Source: Catajapyx aquilonaris (taxonomy: Eukaryota). Taken from it: DNA of 32,669 bases. The translations under genes and the position numbers were made by a program. The DNA lies in contig KZ539124.1 of the NCBI GenBank assembly GCA_000934665.2, positions 1 through 32,669 of the forward strand. Direction: 5' to 3'. The notes under the pieces are model-generated. The model was not told where the DNA came from. It made no database searches and saw nothing but the letters and a program-made list of their open reading frames with translations. Positions 1 to 12,166 of the stretch are shown in pieces (within the stretch, counting starts at the first letter, position 1; the number at the start of each line of letters is the position of its first letter).

Positions 1-52
1 AAAGACGAAAGGAAAGGGGGAGGGGGAAGAAAAAAAAATCGAAAATGGAAAC

Positions 53-148
53 TGGTCTCCGACGAGGCTCGAACCTACGACCCTTTCATCTTCTAAGACC
101 GTGCTTTTATCTGTAAACAGCAGCGTTACCAACTGGGCCAGTAGGGCC
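53..148 (-). pseudogene. tRNA-derived element (tRNA pseudogene or SINE head)
   Basis: The minus strand reads GGCCCTACTGGCCCAGTTGGTAACG...GTAGGTTCGAGCCTCGTCGGAGACCA. It has Pol III A-box-like (TGGCCCAGTTGG) and B-box (GGTTCGAGCC) motifs followed by T-runs. At 96 nt, with imperfect acceptor and T stems, it is not a clean tRNA. Confidence 0.6.
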
Positions 149-592
149 ACTCGACATAGACTTTGTTTATTACGTTCCAATTCGCCAATTATCCCCGTCG
201 CCTTGGTTACGGGGCTTACTTGTAATTGCTAATTACTCGACAATGCTTGAGTAGTGACGGTTGTCACTTTCACATATTCATACCTGGCCTACAATTGACC
301 AGCCCTGTAATTTTGGGTCCGATCGGTGACATGTTGGTGCGGATCATTCCCTTGTTAGTCAAACCTTGCCACACCATGTCTCAGAAATAATAGACTGAGA
401 GCACTCACCTAACTTCTTCACCACCAAACTGCCAATTATTATTTTTAATACATTATATTACCTTGATATTACTGAATGATTCAGATAAATTAATTTATAT
501 CTCCAGAAGCTGCACAGAAGTATTTACATTTAAAAAAAATTCAAATATTACACAAATGTATTCTAATATGTGACTTTCTTCATATTGTGCAG

Positions 593-1230
593 GAACTGAC
601 CTACCTCTGGCAGGGAACTTCCAGACATACCTCAGCCAATTCACCCCACCAGCCTGTGATGGAGGAGGATCAGTGCTAATCCTCCCTGATGAAATTCGCC
701 CTAAGATCTTCTCACTATATCACATGATGTCAGACCAGCAATCATTAGCAGTGGATCCACAAGATGTAGTAACTGCCGTCTTGATGGAGAACTATTTGGT
801 TTTGAAAGTTAGCGAGGCTCTGCAAGAAGTGAAAAATGAGCTAGTGAAGGAAGAAATACAGCCTACTCCCGAAGATGAAGAGTTTCTTGCAGAGGCTTCA
901 AATATACAGCTGCAGAATGTAAAATGTGTCCAAGATCTACAGTGGGAAATGTTTGATAAGGAAGCATCTGTTCATATGAACCATGAAAAAGAGGTATATC
1001 GCCTGAGAAACAGGTCTATGGAAGCTGACGTCATGCAGGCATACCGGTATATAGCAGAAGTGGCCATGACCAGCTGCTATCCCATACTCACAGAGTATAG
1101 TCGCATCCAGAAGGAGGAGCGGGTTCGAAATAAGCCACCCATGATGGACCCAAATGTGCTGAAAAGTACAAAAGTGGATGACAAACTTCATATCACGGTG
1201 AGGGGGAATAATTATGTGTGTTTCATGTAG
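593..1230 (+). CDS. Probable terminal coding exon of an unidentified gene (about 210 aa open, helical/acidic)
   Basis: The acceptor ctttcttcatattgtgcag ends at 592. The frame is open from 595 through ORF 673..1230 to TAG, with protein-like composition. I recognise no family. Confidence 0.6.
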
Positions 1231-1839
1231 ACTGGGCTCTTCAAGTGCTTCAGGCAGGCATTATTGTAGTTTTCTGGCAAATTATGGTATTGTTTTTGTA
1301 GGTTTGAAAGAAATAGAGCTACTGTTGAAGACGGCCAATGAGGGCAGGACTTACAAGTGTAGCCTATATCACATGTTTCATAATTTAGCTCACAACTGTA
1401 TCTCTCCTCTCATGGCTTCTCATTTCCAGTAGCCCCTACCATTACACACCTTCAAGAGTAACAGTTTGTCATACTGCATGTTTCATAATTTATCATATAG
1501 TGCATTACATGAACTTGTGGGTGTACATGACATTTCTGTCAATATGGATGTAAGCTAAATTATGAAACACGACCCAGAGGGAGCACGATGGTGTAGAGGT
1601 CATTGCCATATCTTTCAATCTCAGATGTCTTCAGTTTTATTTTAACCAATACAGATGTGCTGGGGTCAATTCTGAAAAATATTACATATGTTCCCTCCTG
1701 TTTTTCTCAGTGATGTCTCTGACCTGTGAGTAGAGCAAGAAGCAGATGAGTAAGATGTCCTATAGTCAGAAATCTTTGTGACGTATGTCACACCACTTTC
1801 ATTAAGAAGACTGAATGGTGGATAATGAATTATTTAGGG

Positions 1840-2356
1840 CAGGGGTATTCAACTAGTTTATGACAAGGTCCAGTATTTAGCTTTCCTGGGCCATTGAAGG
1901 TCCGGNNNNNNNNNNNCCCCCCCCCCCCAGGTAAAAATATATATTTTTTATATGGTACCACAGGGTTCATATTCGAAAATAGAAACATGTGCAGCAAGGG
2001 TAGAAGGGCATATTAAGACATTTTCGCCCTTTCTGATGTCATGTACAGGCGTGTAGGCAGAAGAATTTTGGAGGGGGCCCATTTCATAAGCACAAGGTGA
2101 ACAAGCCGTAAAGGGCAGGGAACGAGCCCGCCGCAGGCGAAATTTTTTGGGGGTTGAATGAAGGTCACACAAGCTTAGGTGAATGTGGGAGATTTGAATG
2201 GGTGTGTATTTGATGAAATTGGTAGCCCTTTTTCCAAAAATTCATGAATTAGTACTTTATCATGCTATTTCAAACTGTCCTGTATATTATTGCGGTCTGG
2301 ACAAAATTACGTTGCAGTCCAGATTCGGACCACGGTCCGCCAGTTGAATAGCTCTG
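1840..2356. mobile_element. hAT-type MITE
   Basis: Termini are CAGGGGTATTCAACT and AGTTGAATAGCTCTG, with a perfect 8-bp TSD ATTTAGGG (1832-1839, 2357-2364). It contains an N gap at 1906-1916. Confidence 0.88.
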
Positions 2357-3762
2357 ATTTAGGGGCTGTCTTACAGTACTCCAGTCTACCGTACGGTACT
2401 AAAACTATGCCATCTATTGGCAGTGGGAAGGAAGGGGAGGGGGGGGGGGTTCCAACTTCCAAGGTATGTCACAAAATGCTCTTAAGCTGTAATAAGGTGA
2501 AAAAGATTATTTATAAGCAAGTAAAGTGTTTTTGTGCTCATTATGTTTAAGACACACTCTTGAAGGAATGATTCTTGGCCACTGTGTGCTCATGGAAGCC
2601 CTGTAGTTTAATGTGTATGCTGGTCTAGACTGGTCTAGAGATAAGTCTCACAGTTAGACTTTTACAGGGGAAAAGATAATTATATGAAATGCTGCAGCAG
2701 GGATGGATGTATATATTTATACGTACGAGATTTATGGGGAGTAGAGAGATGGAGAGATTTTGTTCAGCATGATGAGTAGGCCATTATGCTTCATATCTTT
2801 ATGCTCAGCATCCTACAGGATCTTACTGTAATTATGAGTCAACTAAACTTATAATTATATATTTCACAGGTCTTATGCCAGAGACGTATGACAACAAATG
2901 AGACAAGTGAAGATTGGCAAAAGTGGGGGAAGATAAACTTTGAAACAGCCAGCGAAAGCAAGAAGGACGCATAAAAAGGCAGATCACAGCAATAAAGATG
3001 AAAGTCACAGTATTGCAGTTAGATGTTAATATGAGTCATGTGGGTAACCTGCAGATAACCTCATTAATAATAAGTTTCTGATAACAGAGAAGATAACTGG
3101 TGGCCAAGATGAGTATACAAATGCTTATCAAATGCATCGTGCCACTTCATTTTTGTCCAAGAACATCTTGTCTAATACGTAAAGCAATTTTATTTAAAGA
3201 CACTTCATCCAACAGATTTCTCATCCAATGCATTTCTTTTCTAAACAATATTTCATCCAGAAGTCCAGGCCTACTTCCATCACTGAGACTTGACCATGGA
3301 TGGAGGAGAATTTATACTTCTTACTGCTTGTTCTCAACAGTAAACATAACAATGACAAGAAATCCTCTATCCATGACCTACCTATCATCAGTGTTGCAAT
3401 TGGGAGTTGGGTTTGAGCTAAATTTGAGTGATTTGTTATTAGGAAGTCAAGCTCTATTAGTTGAGAAATCTATTGGACAAATGAATGTCTTCAGGGGAAA
3501 GGATTCCTCCCAGGATTAATTATTTCTTCATGGACTTCCACAATGTTTAGTGGAAGTTCTTCCTATCAGTGTTGGCTGAAGAAATGAACCTCAGTTCTGG
3601 CCTGTCTACACTGGAACTGTGGAAATCCACATTAAAAACTTACAATTTCATTCCCATTTAAAATCACCACAGGGCACTCCAGGTACCCTCTAAAATAATT
3701 TTTACTTTAGTGATCCTGGAAGGCACTTATTTATTGGTCAAGCTGCCCTCAACATTATTATT

Positions 3763-3764
<2 letters not shown>

Positions 3765-3837
<73 letters not shown>
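3765..3837. repeat. (TA)n microsatellite
   Basis: Uninterrupted AT dinucleotide run of about 73 nt. Confidence 0.98.
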
Positions 3838-3841
<4 letters not shown>

Positions 3842-3934
3842 AATGCAGCACCATTTGTAAGAAAAAGTATATAGTACTGGATGAGAATTTCATTAAATGA
3901 AATGTTTTTGAGGAACCACAACTGGGCACTGATA

Positions 3935-4924
3935 AGGCGCATTCACACGAGCGACCTATTGCCAGGAAGTTTCCTGGCGAAAAGTCGCCAAGACCGTTCA
4001 CATGCTAGTGGCCAGGTTCGGCCAAGAAGGGAAGGTCACCACCCTAGCCAGGAAAAGCTGGCCGAGGTGGCCATGCTCCAGAAGATGGCTAGCCATGGCC
4101 ACACTGCAAATCATGTGCTGGCTTTGTGCTGACTCCGAGGCAGCACAAAAGTGCTTTTTTGTGCCGTCTGTTGTGCTGGCTATTGTGCTGACATGAGAGT
4201 CAGCACAGGAGACCTGCCCCTCCTCCCTTCTCCCCCTCCTTCGGCCCCCTCCTGCCGCAGGCCCTCCTCCGCCTCCCCCCACCTGAGTCTTCACCACCAT
4301 TCCTGCAATGCTGCAAAAATGAGCAAATAATTTGCAAGTATCATATATATTTGCAAGTCCCTCATCTTGCCGTGTCACCAACTGTCACCTGTGCAGCAGA
4401 AATGAGAGCAACTTGCACTCCAACCGACTCCAACACAATGGCAAGCCTAAGGTTTTTCCCCGCTGGACAAAGCACGAGAGCGGATCAGCGCATGAATCAT
4501 GCGCAGATGGGATTGTGCTGTCTGGATTTATCATGTGACTTTCATGTGCCGACTGTTGTGCTGGCTAAGCATTTGTTTTAGCACACCATGTGCTGACTAT
4601 TTATCCAGTCAGCACAGTCTTGCGCATGTGCTGAGTCGGTGCTGACTTAAAATTCAAATTTCCCCATGCTAACTCCTGTGCTAACTAGAGCACCTTGTGC
4701 TATCTACGACATAGCACATAGTCAGCACATGATTTGCAGTGAGAGATGGTTGCTGGGAGTAACGCATGCGCAGTAGCGGCCCTCCCAAGCGCCCTGCGAT
4801 GCTCACTTGTCCCCCAACAACGTCGCTCATGTGAACTGTTACTTTCGATTCCTGCCAGGCGCTAAGGCACGTTTCCGTATTGGCCAGGAATTCCTGGCCA
4901 AGGGTCGCTCGTGTGAATGAGCCT
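3935..4924. mobile_element. Non-autonomous DNA transposon, PIF/Harbinger-like termini
   Basis: The 22-bp TIRs AGGCGCATTCACACGAGCGACC and GGTCGCTCGTGTGAATGAGCCT match at 21/22 and are flanked by TA. Each end carries a GCCAGGAA..TTCCTGGC palindrome. The superfamily is inferred from the termini only. Confidence 0.85.
4102..4741. mobile_element. Nested CACTG-ended MITE (CMC/EnSpm-like)
   Basis: Perfect 19-bp TIRs CACTGCAAATCATGTGCTG and CAGCACATGATTTGCAGTG, with many subterminal TGTGCTG/CAGCACA motifs. No clear TSD. Confidence 0.8.
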
Positions 4925-5981
4925 TATATGCACAGCAGGAACACATTCAAAATCTGCAAGAAACTGAAGCAGATGATGTTGAGGATGTAGAGAAGAAAAC
5001 TGGCAACAACTGGAGAAAGAGCAGCTAATTTCCCTTGTTTATTATACCCATTGCAAGCCCATTGGGCCAAGATATTGTAAATACAATATGTGATGAGGAA
5101 GGTAATAAACAGGTACATACAGTGGATTTCCTATGCATTTGGCTTTTGGTTAATACGTACTACGGTAAAGGGTGACTAGATTCAGATGGAAGCAGCACCT
5201 GTTTCAAAAAACCCATGGGGAAACCATGAATAGAAAAGCTTGAGTAACCGCTTGGAAGACCGAAACTAATGTGCAGGCTGTCACTCAAAAATTGCATCTT
5301 TTTTCACTTCCCTTTTGATTTCGTAAAATAATGTCATAAAAGTACATTATTATGTACATAAACATGCACTGATAATTTAATTTCACTTTGCCTACACTAC
5401 TTAGGATGTGTCACAGTGATTCAGACTCATTTTGTACACACAACAAATGTAATACTACAGATCACAAACAAATTGAAAATGGCTTGCTCTAAGAGCAGTG
5501 GGCAATAGTGTAACTTAAGAGCAATCACCACAACCATGTAAATAAATATTATTGCAATTTGTCCACTAATATTATATAAGCTGCCTTTCTTTGCATTTGT
5601 GCAGAAATAAAATTTTAATGACAAATAATAATCAAACTAGAATATGCATCACAACATATACCAGGCTTGTTAAAATGCATATAAGAATGCTGTATTGCAA
5701 TCCCCCAAAGTATTATTCATCTAGGAGGAAGAAATGTGCAACTAAGGTGACTAACCCATAGAAGCAGCCCCTATGAAATCCATGTGCCAGCTTGCCTAAC
5801 CGGAACCTGCCGATTTTAATCAATTAGCATGTTGGAGTTCATTTGGACACAACAAATAATGGTGAAGTAGAGGACAGGTCAAGACCATAGGAGTTCCTCG
5901 GCCAACTTGGCTCAGCCAGGATTTCTTGCATTGCAATGTACAATGCCGCATTTATGATGAGAAGCAACCATTGGGTTGGCG

Positions 5982-6305
5982 CTATGACTTCTCATCATAA
6001 AATGACTCGGAGAAGGAACCTGAGGCAGCCCGCTTGCTACCACCCTGACCTCCATGACGGGAGTCATACTGAGCTGGTGACCCACTCTCCTTTGGCACAA
6101 TAGGGAAGCAGCACCAAAGGATGAAAGCCACAAACGCCACAAATGTTCCAATCAGCAGGATGAAGTCTTCCACAGTCTGGAAATTATGAAAATATATGAA
6201 TTTGAGGCAATACCCTTTAAACATTGCATAGTAAGGTGCACTCACAGGCTCCTCCCCAAGCAGGATCGAGTTGATGAGGTAAACAAAGTCATCGAATGGA
6301 GTCAT
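5982..6305 (-). CDS. Putative 107-aa single-pass membrane protein, divergent from GIGYF
   Basis: ATG-initiated ORF with an in-frame upstream stop and one hydrophobic segment FILLIGTFVAFVAFILWCCF followed by a polar tail. A plausible minus-strand 5'UTR intron lies at 6540-6403 (CAG|GTTAGT ... TGTTTGTTACTGCAG|). It is adjacent to the CpG-rich promoter. Confidence 0.55.
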   Translation of the reverse strand: MTPFDDFVYLINSILLGEEPVSAPYYAMFKGYCLKFIYFHNFQTVEDFILLIGTFVAFVAFILWCCFPIVPKESGSPAQYDSRHGGQGGSKRAASGSFSESFYDEKS

Positions 6306-6549
6306 CGCAGGCGCAGTTAACCACTACCTTCTTTTTCCCTGGTTGTCATTGTTGCAGGCCTTCCGCAGTCTCCCTCTCAGAGACGTGGCATCTCCACACA
6401 CCCTGCAGTAACAAACAGCACTGTACACGCAAACCTGTGCATGCTACACAATATGTAATAACATATTCAGACCCCTTCTTCCATGCATGATCCGGCAGTG
6501 ATCCTGACAATGGTGCATGAAGAAATGAGCTCCTACTAACCTGCTTCGA

Positions 6550-7450
6550 GGTCAGGCGCAACCCGGAAATTCAAAGCGCAATACCAGCAAGAGGACAATG
6601 CTCCAGAAAGAATGATGCTGCCTGTAACCTGCTGCAGACAGATCTGCAGGCGCATTCGGATCCCTGTCCCTTGCAAAAAACTAGAACGTGGACCAGAAAT
6701 GGCGCCCACACATTGCCTCATTTTGCGCCTAATTTTTAACAACCCGCGCTGTTCAAACAATGTGTGTGTAGCACATAGTCCCTTGCATAGTCCGACTATG
6801 CGCCGTTTTTACATTACAGCCTACACAGAATATTTATTAGCATTGCATTGCATACCGGTTGGCAACACTGTCCATGTTTACAACAGTGAGCGAAAACATT
6901 CCAAATTTTTCTTGTTGTTTGCACGGTTGTTTGACTGAAAGCCATAGTTGCTCATTGTTTTAATTGCCGCATTGAACAAGTCGCGCCCCACCCCACCCAT
7001 TTTCGCTCCGTCTCTCTCCAACCAACCTCTCCTCTCCGCTTCCCTCCTCCTCCTCCTTGTTATTATTTTTTTTAGCCCCCTTTTTGCCAGACATAGTAGC
7101 GCCCTCTTCTGGTTGTGACGTCACCCCGATATTTTCCTCCGGGACTTGCGCACATTCCATCTTGGCCGCCATATTGCTCTGTGGGATCGAGTCGTGTTCT
7201 GAAGCTCTCTCGTTCTATTTTCTGTCCCTTGTTCGATATGTAAGTCCTTCTCGTTTATTGCGCACTCGCAGGGGCCGACCCGGGGCCGGGCCTTGGTCCT
7301 ACCGTGCGTTCCGGCTGACATCCATGGGAAGGATGACAGCCGGAGGAGCCGAGGAACTTGGGCCTGATACCCCCTTGCTTTTTTTTATTGCCTTTTTTTT
7401 GTGTGTGTGTGTATGTTTTTTTAAATGGGCGCAGTTTTACGTGTCATGAT
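6550..7450. promoter_or_regulatory. CpG-rich, probably bidirectional promoter
   Basis: CpG-rich relative to the flanks. Motifs: CTCF-like TAGCGCCCTCTTCTGG (7097-7112), CRE palindrome GTGACGTCAC (7115-7124), YY1/Pho-type GGCCGCCATATTG (7164-7176), and an oppositely oriented AAATGGCG (6697-6704). Confidence 0.7.
7150..7239 (+). other. GIGYF: Probable non-coding first exon of GIGYF (start approximate)
   Basis: Consensus donor GTAAGT at 7240 just downstream of the promoter motifs. A matching acceptor ttgttgtttcag ends at 7774, 40 nt before the ATG. Confidence 0.55.
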
Positions 7451-7814
7451 TAAAATATGGGAGTTTCGATTTGGTTTTAGTGCGGGTTTGTAGTTTTCTG
7501 GGAGTAGAGACCGCATGTGTAGAGGCCCAGTGGGCTGATAAGGTGAGAGGGGGGCTTGGCCTAGTTGGCAATTGGGAACTCAGCCAACTTCAGATGGGTG
7601 AGGTGTGGGGTAGGGTTGAGGGGTAAAACGTGGGTCCAGTTACCTCCGTCTGGATCTAGGACTGGGGGTTCTAGTGCAGGGTGGTAGCCTAGGTTGGCCC
7701 TGGCCTGTGTTTAATAATGCTGGAGGCATATGGGAGTGGCTGGCTGCACTGCTCACTGATACTTGTTGTTTCAGAAATCCAGAGTGTCGACTAAGAAGCG
7801 AAGAGGAAAAGGGG

Positions 7815-7849
7815 ATGGCAGATACTGCACTAAAGTTTGGGCCAGAGTG
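7815..7849 (+). CDS. GIGYF: GIGYF coding exon 1 (MADTALKFGPE-W)
   Basis: Encodes the family N-terminal FGPEW signature. Donor GTGAGT at 7850; the split TG|G joins the exon at 14328 to give FGPEWLRALS. The ORF track misses it. Confidence 0.93.
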
Positions 7850-9105
7850 GTGAGTTGCCATTTCACGTGCAACAGGTCTTTTGAGTGGCATTAGTTTAAG
7901 GGGTGTAGCTAACATCATTGATGCAGGATTGCGAATGTTGTAGTTTTTGCTAATAAAATAATCCTGCCTGAAAAACGTTGAATGTGAAAGTGAAAAAGGC
8001 AGGTATTATTGCACGAGGGGCCAGACAATCAGGTGAATCTTAGGAAAATCTCGCATGTAAACTAGAGGAACTCCCGGGTGAATGTCGTGCATTTTTGTCA
8101 GAATGTCAGACTATGGGCCAGTTTCAACAAGAGCCATACAAATATGTAGGGATTTTCTGAAAGAACCATGAGTTTATCATATGCCTCTCTTAGTGAACTG
8201 GCCTTCCCTGTTATTATGTGGTTATATTGGTATACGTACAAGTGTTATTGATTCAATAGGAGAGACATATATTACTGCTGTCACCAGCTTTAAATGGTTA
8301 GCTTCACTGTTAAAAACAAGCATTGGCCATTGTGATGTCAGTACCATTCTGAGGTTGAGGTGATAATGCAAGGGTAAGAAAATATCTTCTGGGGAGTGGG
8401 ACGTGCTTTTGTCTACTGTCATTGTTGTTCTCACTGCCTGATATACATTTCTAGCACTAGCAGTCTTAGAATGCGCATTCTTTCCCTAAGACCTGCAGAC
8501 ATAACATATCTAAGTTGAACTTGCAAGGTTCAAGTGAAATTTTTTAATTAATATGTAAGATGTGTAGATGTTGTTTTGTTGGTAATTTTTTATTTGACAG
8601 TTCATCCCGTCAGGTTTTGGAAATTATACCAAGTAGTTTATTTGCCAAAAAACTACATAATCAACAAAAAACAAGTTAATGGCTTGATCTGATAGTGCAA
8701 AAATCTTTGAGAAGTAAGTAATTGCACATTGGATGAGCATGCATAGCATGACCAGCTATTCTTCATGTTTTTATTGATATTTTTATTTATTATTGTACCC
8801 TTTCGTGTAAGGCTGGAAGCTGTCTTGTGGGGACATCATAATGTGTAGATTGAAGAATTAATATCATGTCATCAGTCCGACTGTGTCAACAATCAAAATT
8901 AAGAACACCATGCGAAGGGCAGCATCAATTGTTTTAAATGCTTTGAGTCATCTCTGTGATTGCTGATCCCTTGGATTTCTCAGTCTAAATGCATCACAAG
9001 CGGGGAACTAAAATTCTGTATAGTTTTTAGCCAGTTTATAAATCTCATTTTGTTTTTATGCTCAGCGTGCATTATGATCCTGATTTGGCAGTGAATGCAG
9101 TTAAC

Positions 9106-9254
9106 ATATGACCTGAGACCAAGGGGTTAGCAACTCCCTCGAACCAGTGTACAGGGTCCCCGTGGAACTGGCCTGGAACCAGGTGGAACCACCTGGTTCA
9201 AGGACCTGGTGTACACTTTTTTGGGAAGTTGTTACCCCCTTGCCTAAGACATAT
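9106..9254. repeat. Degenerate hairpin MITE (about 150 bp)
   Basis: Imperfect inverted arms surround a perfect 11-bp stem GAACCAGGTGG-AA-CCACCTGGTTC (9176-9199). Confidence 0.6.
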
Positions 9255-11280
9255 ACCTCCTTTCGTGTTTTTTATTTCACTGATAGTAGTAGGCTACTTC
9301 CTCGTCATTTCCAGGCAATCGTGTGAACCACATAATGAAACTTTCTTTGCTTAGCCAGGATACAGAGCAGATTTTTCAACTTAGCTGTTATTGTGCAGTG
9401 TGTATAGAAGAGTGTAATAATGGCGACTACTGTAGTTGAGAAGTGTATTGAGATGTATGATTCTTTTTTTAATGTGTGTGAATGTGAGGTGTCTTTGCGG
9501 TGATGTAGTGTGTGCATCAGTTGAAGTCATCACTTGCGTATTATGAAGCAGGTATTTTGTAGTTTATTGTAGGGTCTACATTTAATATATAACCTGCAAA
9601 TATATTGCTGGTATTATTGGTATTTATGATAGACTTACACTTACATGATTATTATGCATAATGTACAGTTGCAAGCAAGGTGGTATACAGGTGCACACTA
9701 TGAGTAGAATGCACAACATTGCAAGGTGTATCATTCCAATTTGTAATGTGTTGAGTAATAACACATTGGTTTTCATAACTAAGCAGGTTGCCACAATAGT
9801 GGCTGCAAGGGTGATGTCATGCCAGTGTCATGCCCAGTAGAAAGAAATTTTAGTATATGGAGATAAGCGGGTGTGCAAGTCTACACCGAAGGTTGTAAGT
9901 GGATACCCACTCACACATAGGAGGACTCTAAGCCAGTGCTTCCCTATCTGTTGGCGATCCCAGAAAATCGTGTCATAAAATTCGTAATCTGCGCTATCGT
10001 ACCTCTCCTCTTCCATCACTCCACCAGATATGCACAATTTGAACCACCAACATGAAATGATGTGTACACAGTGTTAATTAGTGACAATCATCGATAATAC
10101 TGTACTGTACATCTTTTCATTCATGGGAATATTTTTCCAGAGATATAGTCATTTTGTTATAAAATAATTTCTTGCCCTCCCTCACGAACCCAAATATTAT
10201 ATTTGCATAGTTTGGGAAGCACTGCGCTAAGCCCATTGAAGTGCCTGACCCAGTCCATCTCCATCATTATGCTCGTGATTGTGTGTAATTCAGTGGTCTT
10301 CAAGGATGTCAGCCAACCAGCCGCAGTAATACAGGGTGATCCTATTGGAGTAACCTACAATATGATTTTGAATGATTTTAATTTTTTTTCGTTTTTTGCA
10401 ATTGTCATAAAAATGAAAATATGCAGGTTTCTAGCTCCATCTGTGACCATTTTAAATGTGAAAAAAGTGCACACTCTCAACTTCCTAGCCCAGGTTATTA
10501 CTACTAAGAGAACAGATTTTAAAAAACTGAGTTTAATTATTCATCAAATATTATTCAGAAGAACTTCCGACAAAAGTTTAGTGCAGTACAAAGTAAACTC
10601 AATCCTCGAAGAGCCTTTTTTTTCTTTTTTTCTTTTTCTTTTTCTTTTTTTTCCTTTTTCTTTTTTCTATAAGCTGTTTAATTGAACAGTGGTGGTGTCA
10701 AACAGTTTTAGAGGCTAGCAAAAGAATTGACCGAAATATGAAGTTGATTGAAGAGTACTTCTCCTGTAAGACTAACTGCCACTTGCAGGGGTGGAGCTCT
10801 GACTTGAACCCTATCTCTGAACCATTGTGCACTGTGTGAGACCTTCAAGAGTCCTCTTCCAGAGCTGTCAAATAAATCAGCCAAGATAACTGCTAATAAT
10901 GTTTATGGCTATGTCTTAAGAAAAATGAAGCATCTGCCATTTTGCCAGATGTACCTTCCCAATTACTTTGTTGCATGAGTCCTTCTCTTGGATCTTAGAA
11001 CTTGGGATAATGCCTCTGTTTTCATAATGACATTGACATTTGCTTACATCATAGCAAGGGTAATTTCTAGGAATAAAAGTCATTCAAGGTTCAGTCTAAA
11101 ATTACGATGAAATTTTAGTCCTAATTAGGTTAATTTAAATTATTCCCATTGTAAAATGATTGGGAAAGAATTCAGTAGGTACCAGTACACTTCCATTTCC
11201 AGAAATATAGTTTGTTAATGTACGGAAAATGAGAGAACAATCTGATGTCATCAAGGTTTCCGTGGAAATACCCTCACAGT

Positions 11281-12074
11281 CAGGGTTGGCAATAATCAAT
11301 GATTATTTTAAAATAATCAAATCTGATTATTTTGATTATAATCTGATTATTTTGATTATAATCGGATTATTTTGATAATGTTATTATTTGTAGTACAGCA
11401 CTTTATTTCATTTTCCTGATAAAAACCCCACCTGCGATTTGAAGAAAATCAAGAAATGTATGTCAATATTGTCAAACATGTTACATTCCAAGGAAAGTGC
11501 ATTATACAATATACAGTCAATCCTCGTTTAACACGGATTCCGCTTACTTGGGAGCGACTAGCCGACTACACTATTCAGTAGTGTACCTGTGTACATACCT
11601 GTAAGTCTGTAACACTTACAGTATTATTGTACACTACAGTATCTGTATTACGCAGAAAGCAGTGCCTGATGTACTAACTCTGTGGCTCTGTCATGTTCTC
11701 ATGTACTGATTATGATAATTAAACAGTATTTTACTACATATACAATAAGTCAAGACTCAAGAGTCAAGAGTTTTAAGTTTTAACTTTTTGACTGGTGAGT
11801 TTGTGATTATTGGTAGGATAAATGTATGACAAACCTGGTCCCCCAGGAACCTATCCCCCTATTTCCCAATTCCCATAAGATTAAATGATTACTGTAATAA
11901 TGTTTCACTTTACACGAAGTCACGAACCTATCCGGCTATTCCTGATGTTAAACGAGGTTTGACTGTACATGGTACTATGGTTCTATGGTAGAATATTTTT
12001 TTAGCCTTTCAACATTTTTAACTTCTTAAGTGGAATCAAGTAACACCTGTTACCTCATGGGCTTATTATTATTA

Positions 12075-12108
<34 letters not shown>

Positions 12109-12166
12109 GGGATTATAATCAAGATTTTTCATTATTAATCAGTTGATTATAATCATGCCAACCCTG
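11281..12166. mobile_element. hAT-type MITE with internal tandem repeats
   Basis: TIRs CAGGGTTGGCA and TGCCAACCCTG, with 8-bp TSD CTCACAGT (11273-11280, 12167-12174). A 20-bp unit AATCTGATTATTTTGATTAT repeats about 3 times near 11320-11380, and (TTA)n lies at 12063-12108. Confidence 0.9.
11514..11965. mobile_element. pogo/Tigger-like MITE nested in the hAT MITE
   Basis: TIRs CAGTCAATCCTCGTTTAACA and TGTTAAACGAGGTTTGACTG (19/20), with TA on both sides. Confidence 0.88.

Noticed and set aside
3100..3577. ORF 3100..3519 (+) and splice-like signals on the minus strand
   Set aside because: No recognisable protein and no consistent exon chain could be built on either strand.
3727..4001. ORFs with YIYIYI runs
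   Set aside because: These are translations of the (TA)n microsatellite.
4102..4741. Recurrent TGTGCTG/CAGCACA motifs as a possible CRISPR-like array
   Set aside because: The motifs are short, irregularly spaced, in both orientations and bounded by TIRs, so they are transposon subterminal repeats in eukaryotic DNA.
9828..10037. Minus-strand ORF MEEERYDSADYEFYD... as a nested gene
   Set aside because: It is short, with no recognisable domain or supporting exon structure.
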